Origin: Candidatus Nanoarchaeia archaeon
GTDB lineage: Archaea; Nanobdellota; Nanobdellia; Woesearchaeales; DSVV01
Length of the DNA stretch: 42,199 nt
Direction: 5' to 3'
NCBI GenBank assembly: GCA_048618745.1
Contig: JBMCCQ010000003.1
Coordinates: 1-42,199, forward strand
Shown here: one piece after another, positions 37,533 through 42,199 of the stretch
Layout: the number at the start of each line of letters is the position of its first letter
Numbering within the stretch: position 1 is the stretch's first letter
Translations under genes and position numbers: made by a program
The notes under the pieces: generated by a model
Database searches by the model: none
Told to the model about the DNA's origin: nothing
What the model saw: the letters and a program-made list of their open reading frames with translations, nothing else

Positions 37533-38054
37533 ATGCAAGAAATAACATTTGAGAGGATAGTAAGAGATTTGGCTTACGATGCAACAATTAGAAAAAACTT
37601 GAAGACTCATCCATGGGAGCATACTGAAAGAGTTCTCTCTTATTCAAAAGATATTCTAGAAAATGAATATAATCATCTTTCCATTTACAAAGAGATAACT
37701 GTTGCATCTTTGTTTCATGATGTAGGCAGATTGCGCGACGGAAAAGATATTGAACATGGCTATCGGAGTGCACTGATCCTTGATAATATGCTTCCATGTT
37801 TTCCTTTTTATTTTGATGTAAGTAGCGTAAGATATGCCATCCTAAACCACTCTCGAGAAGAAGGAGATGTGGGTAAGTATCCTATTATTGATAATTTCAA
37901 TACTAGTGTTGATAAAAGAATTGTGGCTTGCCTATGGGATGCTGACCGGCTTGATCTCACAAGACTAAAAGAATTTCCCAATGTGAACAAGTCTTATCTA
38001 AGCACAGAATATGGTAAATGTATCGCTGATTTAATCAATGCAGGAGTTGGATAA
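37533..38054 (+). CDS. HD-domain phosphohydrolase
   Basis: 'HPWEHTERV', 'LFHDVGR', 'EHGYRSA', 'ILNHS', 'WDADRLD'. Confidence 0.9.
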   Translation: MQEITFERIVRDLAYDATIRKNLKTHPWEHTERVLSYSKDILENEYNHLSIYKEITVASLFHDVGRLRDGKDIEHGYRSALILDNMLPCFPFYFDVSSVRYAILNHSREEGDVGKYPIIDNFNTSVDKRIVACLWDADRLDLTRLKEFPNVNKSYLSTEYGKCIADLINAGVG

Positions 38055-38056
38055 TT

Positions 38057-39406
38057 ATGCCAAATATAACTATAAATCAAACAATAGATGATTTTGTTAA
38101 TCATTATGATAATTTAGGGTATAAGCCTGTTAGCAGGTGCTCATTTGAAACACCAATGGGTTCGGGGGCTACATTTCCTTTCTGCTGTGCAATGTTTTAT
38201 GAAGATTTTTACGAAAGTAAGATTAAAGAGGTGGATTCTAAAAAGCAAGTGATAACACAATCATGCATAAGGACAGATAATTATTATAGAGCAGGTTTTT
38301 CAAATAAACATTTATCATACTTCCGAATGCTTGGTCTATTTGATTTCAATTGTAGAGATTCCAATGAAGTAGTTTTTCAAATTTTGGATTATCTTACAGA
38401 AACCATTCAAAACGACAGGTTGTATGTAAATTTGCCAGAAAACTCTTCAATTGGCAAAGATGTAGGGCAGATTTGCAGAATAAAAGGTGTAAGGACTACT
38501 TTTATCCCTAAACAAAAATTACTATGGAATACAAACCTGAATACTGAGAAGTATGGTGTTCGTGTTGAGTTTAATTACCAAAAGGATGACTCAGAGATGG
38601 AGCTATGGAACCTTTCATTTATATATGACCCTGACACCAACCAACGAATAATCGATTCAGGTATATGTGCTGAAAGATTAAATGCGGCTCAAAATGATTT
38701 GAAATCTGTCTTTAGTTGCCCAGATATAAAAAGACAAAAGGAAAATTTATCTAAACTATTTATAGGCAACAAGAATAAGCGATATTTTCTAAATTCCTTT
38801 TGCGAAAATACTGGTAATTCCAAAATAAATCAATATGAACTCAATTTATTGATCGACTTGTCTTTAACTATCAATGCACTTTATGAACAAGGAGTTAAAC
38901 CTGCATCAAAAAAGGATAAGAAAGGTCAACACATGCGTCAGTTAATTAAAAAATTCCTAGCAAATATGTTCGTATTTGGTTATGATTATCATAGGATAGG
39001 TGAAACTATTCCTTACAAGTTTTCTGAAGAAATCCAATACGAAGTCCAATTATTTGACAAAGCATTAAGAATTGATTCAATTGACTCATATTTCCAAATT
39101 GAAAGAGGTATTAAGGAAGGAAAATTATCTAAACTAGACAAAGTTAATAAAGCGAAATCCAAAGAATTAACCTGTGAAAAGTTGGTCTTACAAAGAATTA
39201 ACTCTTATGGTAAAACCTCTCTGGAGGAATTGAAAAAATTATCAAATGGTATGCCTCTAGAAATAATGGTTGATTGGGCAGTTAATTCTGATATTTCAGT
39301 AGATTTGTGTGAAGATATCTCCACAAAAGACGGGCTCAAACAGCTATGCAATAGATACAGAATCAACAAGTCCTTAATTAATAGAATCAAAGGGGATGAA
39401 AAATGA
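38057..39406 (+). CDS. Truncated, divergent alanyl-tRNA synthetase paralog (catalytic + helical region only)
   Basis: 'QSCIRTDN...KHLSYFRMLGLF' (motif 2), 'ELWNLSF', 'IDSGICAERL' (motif 3), 'GVKPA...GQHMRQLIKK'; no editing or C-Ala domain visible. Confidence 0.8.
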   Translation: MPNITINQTIDDFVNHYDNLGYKPVSRCSFETPMGSGATFPFCCAMFYEDFYESKIKEVDSKKQVITQSCIRTDNYYRAGFSNKHLSYFRMLGLFDFNCRDSNEVVFQILDYLTETIQNDRLYVNLPENSSIGKDVGQICRIKGVRTTFIPKQKLLWNTNLNTEKYGVRVEFNYQKDDSEMELWNLSFIYDPDTNQRIIDSGICAERLNAAQNDLKSVFSCPDIKRQKENLSKLFIGNKNKRYFLNSFCENTGNSKINQYELNLLIDLSLTINALYEQGVKPASKKDKKGQHMRQLIKKFLANMFVFGYDYHRIGETIPYKFSEEIQYEVQLFDKALRIDSIDSYFQIERGIKEGKLSKLDKVNKAKSKELTCEKLVLQRINSYGKTSLEELKKLSNGMPLEIMVDWAVNSDISVDLCEDISTKDGLKQLCNRYRINKSLINRIKGDEK

Positions 39407-40482
39407 CTACTAAAAATGGCTTAACTGTTTTGTCTTTTGTTCATAATAATGATTACTTTAGGCTACCGACAATCCAAGCATACAATTTTTCTGAAAAAGC
39501 TTTAGATAATTTTGAACAGAAAGGAAATTATGTTCCCCTAGCCTTGGATATTAACCTTCAAACACCTTGCAATATTAATTGCACATATTGCTATACAAGT
39601 CATGGAAATGAAGATAGGTTTGAGGTTTCTCAGAAAATATCCAAGTTGAACGAATCTGAGTTGGAAGAGGTGTTAAGTCAATTTGGGAATCTAGGAGGGA
39701 CCACAATATTTCTCTGTAGCGAGGGAGAACCATTAATAAATAGAGATTATTTTATGAATTTTGCAAAGGCTACAAAAAGTGCTGGATTAAATCTTTTAAC
39801 TTATACAAACGCTACAATGCTTGACAAAGATTACGCTGAGGAATTGCTAGAAAATGATGTAAATTTAGTTGTTAAACTTGAATCTTTGGAACCCGAAAAA
39901 AATGATCAAATTCTGAGACCTAGGAATTTATATAGATACACAAATCATGATGGAGTTTCAATCCCACAGCAGCTGAAAAATGTCATAGATGTTTATTCAG
40001 ATAACAGGGATAAATTAGCAATTTCAACTATGCTTACGGGCCTAAACTATGAGGATATTATGCCACTTCGAAAGTATGCTTATGAGAAATTGGGTGTGGC
40101 CCATTTCTTGAAACAATTGTATATTTATGGCCAAGCTGATAAAAATTCTGCACTCTTATCGGTAAATTCTAGTGACTTAAGAAAGTTAGAAGAATCATTA
40201 TATGAGTTTGATGAAAGGGCTGGTTTCAGTTATCCTATGGGAGAAGCAGATCAATATTCTTATGATATTAGGAGGTTTCTCAATAATCACTTAAATCCTG
40301 AAGGTTTTCCTGCTCGAATATTTGGCCATCCTCGTGGTGGGGTTTACCATAATTCTGATGCGGTTAATGTAAAATTTGGTTTTCAAGAAGGCCATTTTGT
40401 TAGTATGAGAGATAATACGGAAAAAATAAATATGCCAAGATATTTTAATAAAATATATCGTTTTATTACAAACGGTTACTAA
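39403..40482 (+). CDS. Radical SAM enzyme
   Basis: CNINCTYC (CxxxCxxC), 'EGEPL', 'YTNAT'; no C-terminal SPASM cysteines. Confidence 0.92.
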   Translation: MTTKNGLTVLSFVHNNDYFRLPTIQAYNFSEKALDNFEQKGNYVPLALDINLQTPCNINCTYCYTSHGNEDRFEVSQKISKLNESELEEVLSQFGNLGGTTIFLCSEGEPLINRDYFMNFAKATKSAGLNLLTYTNATMLDKDYAEELLENDVNLVVKLESLEPEKNDQILRPRNLYRYTNHDGVSIPQQLKNVIDVYSDNRDKLAISTMLTGLNYEDIMPLRKYAYEKLGVAHFLKQLYIYGQADKNSALLSVNSSDLRKLEESLYEFDERAGFSYPMGEADQYSYDIRRFLNNHLNPEGFPARIFGHPRGGVYHNSDAVNVKFGFQEGHFVSMRDNTEKINMPRYFNKIYRFITNGY

Positions 40483-40483
40483 G

Positions 40484-41374
40484 ATGTTGAGATACAACAG
40501 ACTTAAAGGCAGCGAATTGTATGTGTCCAATCTTGCTTTAGGACTATGGGGTATAAGTAGTTGGGATCCCAAATGTGGCCAATTATCTCAAAAAGAGTTG
40601 GTAGATTATGCTTTGAAGAATGGAATTAATTTTTTTGATACAGCATTTGTGTATGGAAATGGAAATTCAGAGTGCCAGTTGAATGATGTTTCAAACAAAG
40701 CAGTAATTTCTACAAAAGTCCCTTCACAATCAAAAGATTATCTGAACAAGCAGCCTAAGGATTGTTATCCTCTTGATTTCATGCAAGACTGTATTGATGT
40801 GTCAATTCAAAGGCTAAATAGCAATTGTATTGATATTCTTCATTTGCATAATTGGAATCCGCAATGGACTAACAGTGAGTCTAGATATATTTTTGAATAT
40901 ATTGAGGAACTTAAAAATACTCAGACTATAAAATCATTCGGAATATCTTTACCTAAATTAAATACCTATAGTATTGAGGATTTTTCGATGTTAGCAAGGG
41001 AGAATATGGTTGACTGTTTGCAAGTGCATTATAACCTTATAGATCAAGAGAGTGAGAAATTAATACAATATTTTATAAATAACAAGAAATCTGTATTTAT
41101 AAAAAGCCCTTATAAACATGGACTCATTGGAAAATCACTTTCAGAATTGGATAGTCTAGAAGAATATGACTTTAGAAAAAAAAGATTTACAAAGCAAGAA
41201 TTTAATGATATTAAGGAGGAGTTACTTGAGAAATCTAAAAGATATAATGTTCGGATTAAGGATCTGGACAAAGTGACTTTAAGAGACTGTAATGCAACTG
41301 GTGCCACATGCATTATAGTGGGGATGAGGGACCTAGAAACTATTACTCGGAACTTAGAATCAATTACAGAATAA
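40484..41374 (+). CDS. Aldo/keto reductase
   Basis: 'GINFFDTAFVYGNGNSE', 'ISTKV', 'IDILHLH', 'QVHYNL'. Confidence 0.92.
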   Translation: MLRYNRLKGSELYVSNLALGLWGISSWDPKCGQLSQKELVDYALKNGINFFDTAFVYGNGNSECQLNDVSNKAVISTKVPSQSKDYLNKQPKDCYPLDFMQDCIDVSIQRLNSNCIDILHLHNWNPQWTNSESRYIFEYIEELKNTQTIKSFGISLPKLNTYSIEDFSMLARENMVDCLQVHYNLIDQESEKLIQYFINNKKSVFIKSPYKHGLIGKSLSELDSLEEYDFRKKRFTKQEFNDIKEELLEKSKRYNVRIKDLDKVTLRDCNATGATCIIVGMRDLETITRNLESITE

Positions 41375-41388
41375 TAGGATATGTTAAG

Positions 41389-41985
41389 ATGCCAAAGATG
41401 TTTTGTATTGGAGGAGGGGATTTAAGAAAGGACAATAAAAATATGAAATATATTCATAATGACTTGATAAATTTTTCTGGGATTACTGCTCCAAGAATAC
41501 TTTTTATTCCTACTGCAAGTAATGATTCAGTCTCATATTTTAAAATTCTTTCAACACATTTTAGAGCTGAATTTAATTTGAAGATTGATGTATTGTATCT
41601 GACTGATAATAATTATAAAACTAAGATACACTCAACTGATATAGTATATGTTGGGGGAGGGAATACCAAATTGTTGCTTGACGAATGGGTGCAAAAAGGT
41701 ATTGACAAAATTTTACTTAATGCTGCCAAAAAAGATATAATTATGAGTGGAATTAGCGCAGGAGCCATATGCTGGTTTGAGAAATGTTTAGCGAACTCTG
41801 GACATAAAAAGGAGGTTTTAGAAGGCCTGGGGTTGATAAAAGGATTGGGCGTTCCTCATTATAAAAACGGAACTCTAAGGAATTTTCAAGTTGATAAACC
41901 AATGATTGGAATGAGTGATTATAGTATTTACAAGGTGGATAATGGAAATGTTCACACCTCAGGTAATGTTTCAATTTTTGAATAG
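41389..41985 (+). CDS. Peptidase E (family S51)
   Basis: 'FIPTAS', 'YVGGGNT', nucleophile 'GISAGA', 'GLGLI...VPHY'; start at ATG 41389. Confidence 0.9.
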   Translation: MPKMFCIGGGDLRKDNKNMKYIHNDLINFSGITAPRILFIPTASNDSVSYFKILSTHFRAEFNLKIDVLYLTDNNYKTKIHSTDIVYVGGGNTKLLLDEWVQKGIDKILLNAAKKDIIMSGISAGAICWFEKCLANSGHKKEVLEGLGLIKGLGVPHYKNGTLRNFQVDKPMIGMSDYSIYKVDNGNVHTSGNVSIFE

Positions 41986-42078
41986 ATAAATTTTTTGCCA
42001 TATAATTGAAATCTTGTTGATGTTTACTTTTAGATTACTCAGTAACAATATTTTTTCCAATTGGAATTAAATGTTCCC

Positions 42079-42199
42079 CGAATCCGGGCCGCAGCGTCAA
42101 ACTAAAAGTTCAAATCCGTCTTTTTCTTATTATTTTTCTGCTACTAAGTGGGCTTGAGCGAATGACATGAGCGAAACTTTGTAAATCTTTTTTACAAAG
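42079..42199. repeat. Right-hand att-like composite repeat (tRNA 3' end + 34-bp + 55-bp blocks)
   Basis: Matches 37151-37168, 37309-37342 and 37185-37239; runs off the window edge. Confidence 0.9.

Larger units (their letters stand above)
37151..42096. mobile_element. tRNA-Ser-anchored genomic island with no integrase in the window
   Basis: The 18-bp tRNA 3' end CGAATCCGGGCCGCAGCG occurs at 37151-37168 and 42079-42096; the cargo is visibly more AT-rich than the housekeeping genes. Confidence 0.75.

Noticed and set aside
38057-39406. Housekeeping alaS
   Set aside because: About half the normal length, divergent pocket residues, no editing domain, and located in an island.
39403-40482. Prokaryotic viperin or SPASM peptide maturase
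   Set aside because: Viperin-specific residues were not recognised, there are no C-terminal SPASM cysteines, and no precursor peptide was found; left as generic radical SAM.

Overview
Archaeal chromosomal window; a DPANN/Woesearchaeota-like host is inferred from the archaeal EF-1beta and LeuRS, a BHB-intron tRNA, Tad/Fla-type pilus genes and Cys-rich surface motifs. Left part (1-15 kb): a surface protein with a decayed Hint domain, a Zn-ribbon/EF-1beta pair, a DUF1704 peptidase, a type IV pilus locus, leuS and an ABC-class ATPase. At 15.4-19.4 kb is a minus-strand operon: aspartate kinase, asd, ADH synthase and 3-dehydroquinate synthase II, the archaeal alternative entry into aromatic amino-acid synthesis. 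It is preceded by an uncalled 29-codon ORF whose last 12 codons are 9 Phe/Tyr, with its own BRE/TATA promoter and a foldable RNA that could mask the downstream Shine-Dalgarno. This candidate Phe/Tyr-sensing leader-peptide attenuator in an archaeon is the top finding. Middle part: accessory genes, a MITE-like inverted repeat, HicBA, and a PolB2 module carrying two unusual fusions (RadA-like plus small partner; PolB2 plus VRR-NUC). Right end: an intron-containing tRNA-Ser(UGA) surrounded by 5' and 3' tRNA fragments, then a ~4.9 kb AT-rich island with no integrase. The island encodes an HD hydrolase, a truncated AlaRS paralog, a radical SAM enzyme, an aldo-keto reductase and peptidase E, and looks like an aminoacyl-nucleoside-type biosynthetic or defence cluster. 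All calls are by-eye motif recognition; no searches or folding programs were run.
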